From Amoeboaphelidium protococcarum X5 (taxonomy: Eukaryota; Fungi; Aphelidiomycota): DNA of 64,000 nucleotides. The DNA lies in NCBI GenBank assembly GCA_023515725.1, contig JALDTO010000200.1:62001-126000 (forward strand). The letters are read 5' to 3'. Position numbers and translations under genes: made by a program. The notes beneath the pieces were generated by a model. It ran no database searches and was not told where the DNA came from. It saw nothing but the letters and a program-made list of their open reading frames with translations. Shown here piece by piece: positions 28,055 to 41,791 of the stretch (position 1 is the stretch's first letter; each line of letters begins with the position of its first letter).

Positions 28055-28552
28055 TCATTCCTCTGGGATTTCAACTTCACCAGCGGTAATTTTATCTGTC
28101 AAATCCTTTGGATTCTATCCATCGACTGTGCATCCAACAGAGAAGGCAGTTCCAAGCACTTCCTTAACACTTCCAGCCAGATCCTTGGCGTAAGACTTGA
28201 AGCGAAGCTTTCGCGCAACATCAATAATATCGTCCAGTGACAGGTTGCCAGAGTGTTTGATGTTCTTCTCCTTCTTCTTGTCACGTACAGGCTCCTTGAG
28301 GGCCTTGATGACGAGTGATGACGCGGTAGGCACGACCTCAACTGCAGCCTGACGGTTCTGGATGGTCAGCTTCACAGTAATACGCAATCCCTTCCAGTTC
28401 TAGGTGGCCTTTGCGATGTCTTCACCAACTTTCTTCGGTGCGAGACCCAAAGGACCAATCTTTGGAGCCAGGGTACTACCACCGGCCACCTCACCTCCAG
28501 TGACACGCAGGAAAATAATTTTCACTTCATTAGGATCTACTTTAGGTGCCAT
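28055..28552 (-). CDS. RPL12: 60S ribosomal protein uL11 (L12)
   Basis: [49 protein letters not shown]. 165 aa with two in-frame TAG codons. Confidence 0.97.
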
Positions 28553-28838
28553 TTTACTTAATCTATGTGATTTTTAATTGTCTTAATGAAAGAATACACT
28601 AAGGTTAAAAGTAAATGCTCAACTTCAATTAAACGCGACTGAACGAACGCGGAAAAAAGATTTCAAGAAACGCGTCTCGAAAAATAACCGAAACCGGTCG
28701 GCGATCAGAAAGGCTGTAAGACGCGATGAAGGCTCTAGAGAGAAGCAGTGTATACGCTGTTTTCAGTGTAGAGTAATATTGGATGGAATGTGAACTTTGA
28801 AAATACTATCTATCTAATGGATCAACATGTGTATTATT

Positions 28839-29561
28839 TCATTGAGCAGATACATCTTACTCAGACGACTTATTATTAGAATCACTACGCAGCTACAAAA
28901 GTCTTAACATTTGAGACGCAGAATGACCAAGCACGGAGGTAATCTTTGAGGCTGGCGACTATAAAAGACCAAGAAGCTCCCCATTCAGCTCATTACGTGT
29001 CTTCATTTTAGCAAATTACTCCAATTCCTATTTACCAAAGAGTACATTTTCCACTGCTCCACCTAAAAGTACATGTTTAGCACTGATTATCTGTCGCGAA
29101 TCTCTAACAAACTGCACTGGATCTACAGGCTACAGCAACTATTATACACCAGACTGAGGAGATGAATCACTATCATCTTGACCTTGATATGGATATAATG
29201 CAAATGTGAAATCACTAAGAAGCGGCAATAAATTCTCATACTTGGGATACGTGAGAATGACACCAGACATGACGCGTCGATTCAAAAATTCTAGTCGAAT
29301 CTACTTAGCCTTACACAGTGTGCGGTACTTTTACTACTATTATGGATCCAACTGACTGCCATGATAGAATAATATCACATCTGAATTAGACAGAACATTG
29401 GCATAGTGCTATTGCAGATACAGATCACGTTAATCCAGCCTTCGGAGTGACTTGTTTCTCTCAAAGGATACGGCATCATACTGAATAGGGCTGAACTTGT
29501 TTCTGGGCAGCGGTACAGAGAACTTCCCCTTTACAGCCTTTTTCATTTTACTAATCGCCAT
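28839..29561 (-). CDS. Mitochondrial ribosomal protein uL10m
   Basis: 240-codon frame with TAR=Gln. LLGGAVENVLFGKQELEQFAKMKTRNELNGELLGLLQSPASKITSVL resembles the L10 C-terminal region. Confidence 0.75.
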
Positions 29562-29720
29562 TTTGAGATCTGCAAGTGAAACGACGCGTGCCTAATTAGG
29601 TATTTGGTTTTAAATTTCAATTCTCTGAGCAATACAGCGGAACAAATCAATGTTTCCCTTCTTCTCTCTGCGTCACTCGCGCGTTTTAGAAGAAAGCTTT
29701 GGTTTCCCCGTACTGTAAAG

Positions 29721-30017
<297 letters not shown>

Positions 30018-30189
30018 TCACTCCGTCTATTCGCTTAGATGTGAATCTCGCCAGTTTCTCTCAAGGAAAGAGAGTCGTGCGCAATTTCATTCCTTCTTCT
30101 TCTTTTCAATTGTGTCTCCAAAAGAACTTCAATTCATAAGTCAAATAGAACGTCTGTGTATGCTATCTTTGCCAAATTCTATCATTAAT

Positions 30190-33100
30190 ATGGATGCTAT
30201 ACTGGATTTTTCGAGAGACTTCAACGTGCAACTCTTTGACCAAGTTGTTAACACTTTCTATGGTGGTCATGGAAATGATCAAAAGATGGCTCAGACTATC
30301 ATTGCCCAATTTCAGGAGCATCCTGACGCATGGACCAGAGCTGATGTTATACTCACTCAGGCACAATCTGTACAAGCCAAGGTAAGCTAGTTATATAATA
30401 TAAATTGCCTAATGTTATCTGTCTTATTGTAAATGAATGTAGTATATTGGGTTGCAAGTGCTTGAAAAGTTGATATCCACCAGATGGAAAGTTCTACCGC
30501 GTGAACAGTGTACTGGTATAAGAGATTTTATTGTTGGAACGATCATCAAGATTGCTAGTGATGAACAGCTGTTTGTGAAAGAACGTGTTTATTTGAACAA
30601 ATTGAATCTGGTTCTGGTGCAGATTCTTAAGCATGAATGGCCAAAGCAGTGGCCTAATTTCATCTCTGAGATTGTGGACTCTTCACGAACAAGTCTGACT
30701 TTGTGTGAGAACAACATGGTTATTCTGAAGTTGTTGAGTGAAGAGATTTTCGATTTCAGTGCTGAATAAATGACTAGTGTCAAGGCACGTACCATGAAGG
30801 ATCAGTTGAATGGAGAGTTTATGAAGATTTTCGAGCTGTGTGATGAAGTTCTGTAGAAGGCGCAGAAGCCATCACTAATTCAGGCGACTCTGTAGACTTT
30901 GCTCAGATTTCTTAATTGGATTCCGCTGGCCTTTGTGTTTGAGACTAATCTGATTAGTATGTTGGTTGGTCGATTTCTGCAGGTGGCTGCTTTTAGAAAT
31001 TACACGTTGAAGTGTCTGACTGAAATTGGATGCCTCGAGGTGAAGAGTGACTATGAGCAGAGATTGATTGAGTTGTACAATGGTGTAGTTGAAGCTCTAT
31101 CTATCCAGATTCCAATGAATCCCCACCTGGATTTCGCAGGACCTTATGAGAATGGATCTGATGAAGAGCAAGAGTTTATTCAGAACATTGCGCTGTTCTT
31201 CTCATCATTCCTCAGTGTTCATGTAAAGCTTCTGGAGAGATAGGATAACAAGCAGCCACTTCTGCTTGGTCACTTGTACTTGCTGAAGATTTCCAAAGTG
31301 GAGGATCGTGAGGTGTTCAAAGTTTGTTTAGAATACTGGTCCAAGTTGGTTAGTGGTTTATACAATGAGTTGCCTTCTACATTGAATAATGCTTCGGGAC
31401 TAGTTTTGAACAGCAAGTAGCCTGAGAGAAAGTTGCTGTACAGTGACATATTGCCACAGCTGAGAGTTGTTATGATTGAGTCTATGGTGCGTCCAGAGGA
31501 GGTGCTGATTGTAGAGAATGATGAAGGTGAAATTGTGAGAGAATTTGTGAAGGAGACTGATACCATCACTTTGTATAAGAGTATGCGCGAAGTATTGGTG
31601 TATTTGACGCATCTAGATCCGGATAACACCGAGTAGATTATGTCTGAGAAGTTGGCCAAATAGATTGATCGCACCGAGTGGTCTTGGTCTAATTTGAACA
31701 AGCTCTGCTGGGCCATAGGATCTATCAGTGGTGCAATGTCTGAAGATCATGAGAAGAGATTTATTGTGTTTGTCATCAAAGACCTGCTTGGTCATACTGA
31801 ATCTGTGCGTGGTAAAGACAACAAGGCTGTGGTGGCATCGAATATCATGTACATTGTCGGCTAGTATCCAAGATTCCTGCGTTCTCACTGGAAATTTCTC
31901 AAGACTGTTGTGCTGAAGTTGTTTGAGTTTATGCATGAGCTGCATGAAGGTGTGCAGGATATGGCGTGTGATACATATATCAAAATTGCGCAAAAGTGCA
32001 AGCGACAGTTTGTAATTATGCAGCCAAATGAAATTCAGCCGTTTATTAATGAAATTCTGGATACTATTCCTGACATTATATCCGACCTGTAGCCGTCTCA
32101 AGTCCATACCTTCTACGATGCCACTGGATGTATTATAGCTTCACAAACGAACAGGTAGACTCAGGAGCAGTTGATTGCCAAGTTGATGGAGGGACCTAAT
32201 GTGGCTTGGGAAGAGGTCATGGCTCAGGCAAATGCTAATCCAGATATTTTGAATCATCCAGATCAAGTTAAGTAGCTGGCTAATATCCTAAAGACTAATG
32301 TTGCCGCATGTTCATCTATTGGTAGTCCTTTTATTTCCTAGATGGCCAAGATCTACATGGATATGCTGAACCTGTATCGTGCCGTGTCTGAGCTAATATC
32401 GAGAGCAGTTGCCCAGGGTGGTGTTTTATAGACCAAGACTCCACAAGTAAGGGGATATCGTACCATTAAGAAGGAGGTACTTAAACTCATTTCAACTTAC
32501 ATTCAGAAGGCTGAAGATTTGCAGGTGGTGATGGATAATCTGATTCCACCACTTCTCGAGGCTGTGTTGACCGATTATGCTCGCAATGTTGAACCGGCCA
32601 GAGAATCTGAAGTGTTGGCTCTGATGGCCACATGTGTATAAAAGCTCGGACCTCTTATGACTGACAAGGTGCCAGTCTTGCTGGAATCTCTTTTTGAATC
32701 CACTTTGCACATGATTGACAAGGATTTCCAAGAGTATCCGGAGCACAGAGTGGCTTTCTACAATATGATTAGAGCCGTCAATTAGAACTGCTTCATCGCT
32801 CTGCTCAATCTACCACCAAACTTGTTCCGTCTTGTGCTGAATGCCATCATTTGGGGATTTAGACATACTATGCGTGATATTGCTGATATGGGCCTGTAGA
32901 TTATGCTGGAACTCTTGAACAATGTGTCAAAGTTGGATTCTAGTATTTCTAGTGCTTTCTATCGCAGCTACTATCTACCTATATTCCAAGATGTATTCTA
33001 TGTGTTGACTGATCGTGAACACAAGTCTGGATTCAAGTACTAGGCACAGATACTGCAGCAACTATGCACTGTGGTTGACTCGAACTCTATTACTCAGCCA

Positions 33101-33448
33101 CTGTACCAACCTGGATAGGTATCTGATCCGAATACTTCTAATTCTGCATTCGTGCGCGAGTATATGATGCAATTGCTACAGAATGCCTTCCCGAACCTGT
33201 AACCGGGACAGATCAAGATATTTGTGAATGGCTTATTTGACTTGAAGGGTGATAGTGAGACATTCAAGTAGCATCTGAGAGATTTTTTGGTGAAGTTGAA
33301 AGAGTTCCAGGCGGCTGATGATAATGAAGAGTTGTTCTTGGAGGAGCGTGAGTTGGAGTTGCAGAAGAAGAAGGCTGCAGAGATGTAGGCAGCCCAGCAA
33401 GTGTCTGGTATTCTGAAGCCGGCTGAACGTGAAGACATGGATGATTGA
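30190..33448 (+). CDS. CRM1: Exportin-1 Crm1/Xpo1; intron 30382-30442
   Basis: [69 protein letters not shown](TAG=Q)YPRFL. Ends [13 protein letters not shown]. Confidence 0.98.
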
Positions 33449-33922
33449 TTATATTGCTGATATGTATATGACTTGATAGTCGGATTTGAGTTGGATTGAA
33501 AGGGGAGGGATTTAATCGGCGTGATACAGCAAAATGGGAATGGGCTGTATAATTGTATTAAGGAGGAAAGTTGAAACAAAAATAATAATGATCAATAGGC
33601 AGTAATAAGAAAATCTATCCATCTAAGATTATGCATTATTGTTATAAAAGTATGGCAATTTCCTTGTTTACATACCGAAAATACAGCTAGCAATCTCTTG
33701 GTGGATCATTAAATTACTACCATAAGCAGATGGTTTGCAATTTTGTGTGTGATCACGCGACACTGATTCTGCCAATTGTCAATTCTCATCTAAGCCAAGC
33801 CGATCTGTTTCTCTTTGATTCGCCCAGCTTCTTCTTTCTCTTTACAGTTGGACAATTACAAGAGATCCTTTTTAATCATTACTAATCTCAATACAAGCAT
33901 TTAAGAATAAAAGTACTTGATA

Positions 33923-35158
33923 ATGAAGCGATCAAGGCATGCAACAGATATGGTGTCTGTCGCGGACTCTGTTAATGATTCCTCTCACTCATTATGTCTG
34001 GAATAGTAGCCATCTCCATCACTATCACAATAATCCTCATAATCATTGCACTCCGCCAACCTATCTGCTGCCTCTGTCAATGATCCCGAAGACGTATTGA
34101 ATGCTGACCTTGTGCGTAAGAAGAAGCGCGGTAAGATTGACACATCGGAGCTGAGTGAGAAGTAAAAGCAGAGGGTATTGAAGAATCGCGCCTCTGCCAA
34201 AGCTAGTCAGATGAAGAAGGAGGTGGCGCTGTAATAGGCCAAGGCTGACAATGATTAACTTCGATCTGAAAATGAATTACTCTAATCTCGCGTACAAGTC
34301 CTGGAATAGTAGAATATCGATCTAATGTCCAAGATGGAGCAGCTGTAATCTTAATTTGAGTTGATGTCTAATATGATATCTACCAATATAGGCTCAGATT
34401 CTAATACAGGCTCTGGTGAAAACAATCTTGATAGTCATGGTCTTAATGATGATTTATCTCCTGATGCAAATGCGTATCTATTACCGCCATCTCCTATCTA
34501 ATCCATATCTACTCATCAATATTAACAACTCCAGCTTTAGGAGTAAGCGGAAAGTCCTCAATCTGCAGTATTGAAGACTGTTCACAGTGACGATATTAAT
34601 ACCAAGTATCCAACTGTGAATATCCGGCAGAGGTTTCCGCTTACTCCCCTGGAATCATCATCAACAACGATGGTGGTGGAATTTCAAGCTTAGCCACAGA
34701 CCGTGGTGTCTAGGAGTAGCTGTTAGTAGAATAATAGTTGTAAGTTGGTACAGAAGAGAGTAATTTCAGCGATATATTCTACCAAGCATTCACTGAATTG
34801 CAACCGCTCTTTGATGAAATTGATGATCTCATTCCTGTCTATAATAATTATAATGATAGTGAATTCGACGTATCTCAATTCAAAATCGAAGAATGTCCTG
34901 CATAGTAAGATCCGAGTGCTTTAGTAGAATAAGAGTCGCTTTCGTTTCTCTAACAGTACCAACAACATTAATCATAACAGTAACTACTCCAAGTAGACAT
35001 AAGCATATGAAGCTATCATCACCTATGGTAGAGAGAGAATGGTAGTCAGAGCGTTATGCGCGTTGGCGATTGTCAATCATCTGGGCCATTACTATTATCG
35101 ATATTACAGAAATCAGATTAAGCGGAAATATGAATTAAATTTACAATAAAGTTTTTGA
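33923..35158 (+). CDS. HAC1: bZIP unfolded-protein-response factor Hac1/Xbp1; unspliced ORF ends 35158, Ire1-spliced form ends 35010
   Basis: Basic region RKKKRGK..EKQKQRVLKNRASAKASQMKK plus leucine zipper. Ire1-type CNG|CAG hairpins at 34563-34569 and 34625-34631. Confidence 0.85.
34566..34627 (+). other. Predicted 62-nt unconventional (Ire1-cleaved) intron
   Basis: TCAAT-CTG|CAGT-ATTGA and ATC-CGG|CAGA-GGT loops, enclosed by a perfect 14-bp exon-exon stem (34540-34553 with 34634-34647). Confidence 0.85.
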
Positions 35159-35231
35159 TTATAATATAATTTTATTTTACTGCTCACTAACTCTGTTCAT
35201 AACATTCGCATACATCTGGTATGATGATCGA

Positions 35232-38200
35232 TCACACATACTCTTTCATCCCCTGAATCAAAGTCTCACGTTTGGCCTTCTCAACTTTCACAATACCACC
35301 AGTGAGAGGGAGGTAGGTGGAGCCCATGAGATCGAGATCTATAGCTCTTGCCGCCTGTCTTCCTTCATTTATGGCCCATACAATAAGAGATTAACCACGA
35401 CGACAATCACCGGCAGAGTAAACTCTAGGTACATTAGTCTTATACTGCAAACCGGAATCTTTGGGCATACCAGTGATAGTCTGACTAGCAACATTACTAC
35501 TTCTGGCGTCTGTCTTCACCTTCAACTGCTGCAGTAAATGCTATTCTGGCCCTGTGAATCCCATAGCCAACAACACCAGGTCAGCCTCGAATACACGTTC
35601 ACTTCCCTCGACTTCAGTCATTATCCATTTACCAGTGGATGCATTCTTCGTCCATTCAACTCGAACCGTTCTGATACCAGACACTTTGCCATTTCCGTCA
35701 GATATGAATTCCTTGCTCAGCACACAGTACTATCTAGGATCATTGCCATGAACAGCTTTCACCTCGCCATGCCCGTAATCAACCTTAAAGACTCTGGGGA
35801 ACTGAGGCCATGGATTATCAATCGACCTGGTGCCTGGAGGCTCAGGCAGCAATTCAAAGTTGATCACAGATTTGGCTCCATGGCGAACTGAAGTACCGAT
35901 ACAATCATTACCAGTGTCACCTCCACCAATGACAATGACATTCTTACCCTTCGCTGTAATATACTAATCATCCTTGAGGTTGGAATTCAAAAGACTCTGT
36001 GTGGTGGCGGTCAGGAAGTCCATTGCAAAATATATACCATCAAGAGCGCGGTTCTTAATATTCAGATCGCGCGGCACAGTTGAACCTGTTGCAATTAAAA
36101 CTGCATCATAATCCCGCACAAGATCTGCGGCATCTACATTGTATCCAATATGAGCATTGTCTTCAAACTTGACACCTTCTTCTCTCATTAAACTCACACG
36201 CCTGTCCACCAACGACTTATCCAACTTCATATTCGGAATGCCGTACATCAACAGACCTCCAATTCTATCGGCGCGTTCATAGACAGTTACACTATGACCA
36301 GCTTTGTTTAATTGATCGGCAGCTGATAGCCCAGCTGGACCACTGCCAATGATAGCTATAGTCTTACCGGAGCGGCGGGATGGAGGACTCGCTTTCATCC
36401 AGCCATGGTCGAAAGCATAATCAATAATGGCACATTCAATAGATTTAATCGCCACAGGATCCGAGTTAATACCCAACACACAAGCACCTTCACACGGAGC
36501 AGGACATACACGACCAGTAAACTCTGGGAAATTGTTAGTTTACAACAGTCTCTCCAGCGCCTCTTTCCACTAGTGCTAATAGACAAGATCATTCCATCTC
36601 GGGATAAGATTTCCAATAGGACAGCCTGTATGAGATTGACAAAATGGGACACCACAGTCCATGCATCTGGCACCTTATACCTATAATTCCTGGGTTGTCA
36701 AACGTTTATTAATCTCTCCAAATCCTTTGACTCGCTCCTGGGCATCTAAATATCTATCAGTCTACCGCTTATACTTCATAAAGCCTCGCAACTTATCGGG
36801 CTTAGAATCAGTCGACTCGGCTACTATCTTGATGGCACCATCTTCAATATCTTTGATAGACGCTGCCAAGGTAGGAGGTTAGATAACAGCCAAGCTACGT
36901 TTATTCTTAATAACTTCCTAAGATTACAAGGCCTTCTTCAAATCTCGCGGAAAGACTTTGACAAATATCTGCACGTAATGCTTCCAGTTGTTAAGGACAG
37001 CCTTTGCTTAGGCAGAATTAGTATACTCATAATGCTTTTGAATCAAACCACGAACTTGATCAATATCAGCAGCATCTGTCAGGCTCTCTAAATCAACCAT
37101 CTCAGGATTGACTAGAGATGGGAAAGACTGATCTTCATCCAAAATATACGCAAATCCACCACTCATACCTGCAGCGAAATTGCGGCCAGTCTTACCCAAT
37201 ACTATACAAACACCTCCAGTCATGTACTCACAACCATGATCACCGACGCCTTCCACAACAACGCGAGCACCTGAATTTCTGACACAGAATCTCTCAGCGG
37301 CCACACCATTAAAGTACGCTTCACCGCTGGTTGCACCATATAGGCACACATTGCCTGATATGATGCTCTAGCTCGGATCGAAAAGAGAATTCTTTGGAGG
37401 GCGCACAATAATCTTCCCCCCTGAGAGACCTTTACCCACATAGTCGTTAGTGTCACCCTCGATTCTCAAGGTGACGCCCTTTGCCAAGAAAGCACCGAAA
37501 CTTTGTCCAGCAGATCCACTAAAATTAATCTTTATCGTATCATCTGGTAGCCCCTGCTCGCCAAACTTTCGAGACACGTTATAGGAGATGATAGCACCAA
37601 CAGAACGGTCAGTATTCAGAACCTGCGAGTTGATAACGACTTGGCCGTGACCCTCCAAAGCAGCAACACACTATGGCAACAGTTTATTATCCAGTCTCTA
37701 TTCAACCATATGGTCCTGTGGCTCGGAGAAATGAGTGCAAGCATCGGCTCGCAAACTAAACGCCGGTGTGAGTAGAGAGCGCAAATCTAAACATGAGCTC
37801 TTCTAATCTTTCTATTAGGAGCGAACTTGCAGCAGATCACTTCTGCCGACCAAATCATTAAGTTTGCGAAATCCAAGCTGAGCCATAATCTGACGCACTT
37901 CCTCCGCCATAAAGTAGAAGAAATTGATAACATCCTCGGATGAACCTGTAAACTTAGCTCTCAACACAGGGTCCTGTGTAGCAATACCAACAGGACACGT
38001 ATTGAGATGACATTTACGCATCATTATACATCCCATAGCAATAAGAGGCGTCGTGGCAAATCCAAACTCCTCGGCACCAAGCAACGTGGCCATTATGACA
38101 TCACGACCAGTCTTGATTTGGCCGTCTGTCTGTAAAGTAATCCTACCACGGAGACCATTCAGCACTAGCGTTTAATGAGTTTCAGCAAGTCCAAGCTCCC

Positions 38201-41200
38201 AAGGAAGGCCAGCGTATTTAATACCAGTCAGACGAGAAGCTCCCGTACCACCATCATGCCCACTGATCAAGATATGATCAGCTTTAGCCTTGGCCACTCC
38301 ATTAGCAATGACACCAACACCAACTTCCGACACAAGTTTCACAGAGACTCTGGCACGAGGATTACACGACTTGAGGTCATGAATGAGCTGCTTCAAATCC
38401 TCAATAGAGTAAATGTCATGATGAGGAGGTGGTGAGATGAGACCGACGCCGACCGAAGTCTTTCTCGTCTTTGCAATACTCTCTGACACTTTATGTCCAG
38501 ATAATTCACCTACAATAATGTGATTAGCACGAATACTAGTTGATTCGATCATGATAAAACAAATACAAATTACCTCCTTCACCAGGCTTAGCACCTTAAG
38601 CCATCTTGATCTAAATTTCATCAGAGTCGGATAAATAGTAACTGGTGACACCGAATCTTCCACTGGCTACTTGTTTGATAGCAGAGCGGCGCAAATCTCC
38701 ATTAGCGTCTTACGTCGACCTTTCAGGATCTTCACCTCCTTCTCCCGTATTAGATTTAGCACCAAGCTTATTCATTGCAATAGCCAACGCGGAATGAGCC
38801 TCCATAGAGATTGATCCGTAACTCATTGCACCAGTGCAAAATCTTTTCACAATCTCAGTCCAAGGCTCAACCTCATCTAGTGGAATCGGAGTCAAATCCT
38901 TTTTAAATTCCAACTGACCTCGGAGTGTGCAATCTTTGATTTGCTCATAACTACTCCTGGAGTACTCTTTAAATGATTAAACATCCTTTAACTTTACAGC
39001 CTGTTGCAGAGATGCAATAGACTTGGGATCATTAATGTGTCTTTCTGAGCTATTACGGAAATGATATTCGCCAGACACTGGTAGAATAGACTGGAGAACA
39101 TCATCACGACTAGGATAGGCAATGTCATGTAAATTGAACGCATCTACGGCAAAGTGCTCAAATGTGACACCTCTAATTCGGGACGGTGTGCCTGCAAAAC
39201 ACACCGACATGACAGAAGGATCAATGCCAAGAGCCTCGAATATTTACGCGCCCTTATACGACTAAAGTGTAGAAATGCCCATCTTGGACATCACTTTGAG
39301 AATGCCATTGTCCAGGGATTTCTAATAATTAGCAACCAGCTTATCGACAGAAGCGGAAGATTCAATCACATTGTCCCTTTTCAATTTCGCAATAGTCTCC
39401 ATCATAAGATATGGGTAGATGGCATCACACCCATGTCCCAGAAGAACACACATGTGATGAACCTCTCGCGCATCACCACTTTCCACAATGAGCGCAACTT
39501 TGCTTCTCTACCTGGAAGATAATAAATGTTGATGCACAGCACCCAAGGCTATCAGACTACTGACTGCAACTCTATCAACACCAACATTCCGATCAGACAG
39601 AATAATAATCCGATTCTATTACTCGACAAGACGATCAGCTTATTAACAGATACGTTCAGTTTCATTTTAATACTGTTGCAAACCTTCTGCCTTTTTAAAG
39701 GTGATGTCTATAACGCCAACTTTCCATTTCGGATATTATTAAGGTATCGTGGAGGTAATCGTCTGAAATTGTGATGGAGTCAGTATCGGTGAGTCAATGT
39801 ACAACCGATCGCATTACTACACGTTCCTACCAAGCAGATTCCATTCTGGGCCAATAAAACATGACAAACTCATAACAATCTCCTCTCTAATAGGATCTAT
39901 TGGCGGATTAGTCACTTGGGCAAACAATTGACGAAAGTATTCATATATAGATCGAGGTTGCTGCGACAAACAGGCAAGAGGTACATCAATACCCATAGAA
40001 CCAAGAGGCTCCTTACCGTCTTTGATCATTGGCACAAATACCATGTTTAGCTACTCGATAGAAAATCCAAAAGCTTTCAGGCGAGCATCACTCTAAACAC
40101 TGGTACTATCAATGCTATTCTGCAATAAGACAGAATCGGACGACTTGGAACTATTACTAACTAAAGACTTGAGATTCAGAGACTATTACTGAAGCCACTC
40201 TCCATAAGGAAACTGAGTACAAATTTCAGATTTCAACTCGGTATCATCGACCAATTGCTATTTCACGGTATCAACCAGCAGCATCCTACCAGGCATCAGA
40301 CGGCCCTTGTGCACCACAGTAGTAGGATCAACTTTCACTGTACCAACCTCACTGGCACAGATCATACGATCATCATTGGTCAAATAATATCTACACGGAC
40401 GCAGCCCATTACGATCTAAAATAGCACCAATGTGTCTTCCGTCAGAGAATGTAATCAGAGCAGGACCATCCCAAGGCTCCATCACAGCAGACACATACTG
40501 ATAGAACGCAGCCTTTTCCGGTTGTACAGAATCACTCTTCTACCAAGCCTCCGGGATCATGAGCATGGCAGCCTCGGCAATTGATAAACCACTGACTGTG
40601 AGCAGTTCAAACACGTTATCAAACGCAGAAGAATCGGATCCATACTCTTCAATAATAGGGAACAAATCTGCAATAGACTCACCAAACAGTGGCGACTTCA
40701 TCATCCCCTCCCTAGCTCTCATCCAATTCTTGTTCCCCTTCAAAGTGTTAATCTCTCCATTATGAGCACATAGACGCATCGGCTACGCTCTATCCCAACT
40801 GGGAAACGTATTAGTTGAGAATCTAGAATGAACCAAAGCGAAATGAGATTAATAAGCAGTATTAGTGATATCCAGAAAATAAGAGTAAACTTGCTTCGGA
40901 GATAGACGGCCTTTATACACAATAGTACGCGGATTAAGGGAACAGATATAGAACCAAGGTCTGAGAGACACTTCATGGGAGGCTCGCTTACGCAACATGA
41001 ACAGTTAAACTTCAAATTTCTGGCTATCAAATTCATTGATCATTACCACAATTGGCTACATGATAGTTGGCTCTTTAGAGGCAGCCATTTTGCCAAGCAT
41101 GGAATTATCTGTCGGAACTTTGCGCCAACTCAACACTTTCAGACCATATCCCGAGGCTATCTGCTCAAATTTGGACATCATTGTCTCAGCCTATTTCATA

Positions 41201-41529
41201 TCAGGGCTTAGAAACACATTGCCCACAGCATACTAGCCTTCAGGTGGTAAATTGACATTGAATTCATTAAAACACTATAAACGAAAGAATCCGTCCGGAA
41301 TACCAGTCATCACGCCAGAACCATCACCGTCCCTATCATCTGCTCCTTCAGCACCACGATGTGTCATGTTACAAAGAATACTGGATGCATCTTGCACCAG
41401 AGAATGAGACTACTGACCCTTAATGTTTACAATAAAGCCAACACCACAAGAATCCTTCTCCAAACTCGGATCATACAATCCTTGCTACGCCGGCATTGAA
41501 TCGGCCCAACCATAATACTTTGACTCCAT
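35232..41529 (-). CDS. GLT1: NADH-dependent glutamate synthase (fused alpha/beta); intron about 38510-38573
   Basis: [99 protein letters not shown](TAA=Q)[14 protein letters not shown]. Confidence 0.98.
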
Positions 41530-41791
41530 AACTTATGCAATTGTATCACTTGTTTTTCTATTTCTTGCAGTGAGTGTAAATAAATATGTAGAATGCCAGA
41601 GTAAAGAATAGAATGAAAACTCAATCTTGACTCTGTATCAGCAAGTATAAATGTATTGAAAGCAGAGAGAGACTTAACAAAGATGGAACAAGTACAGTAA
41701 GTGAGAGACCCTCAGTGATGATGAAATCGATCTGACTGAAAGTGGAAACGGCCGAGATCGATTCAACAAATTTCACACTTTCTTTCTCGCT

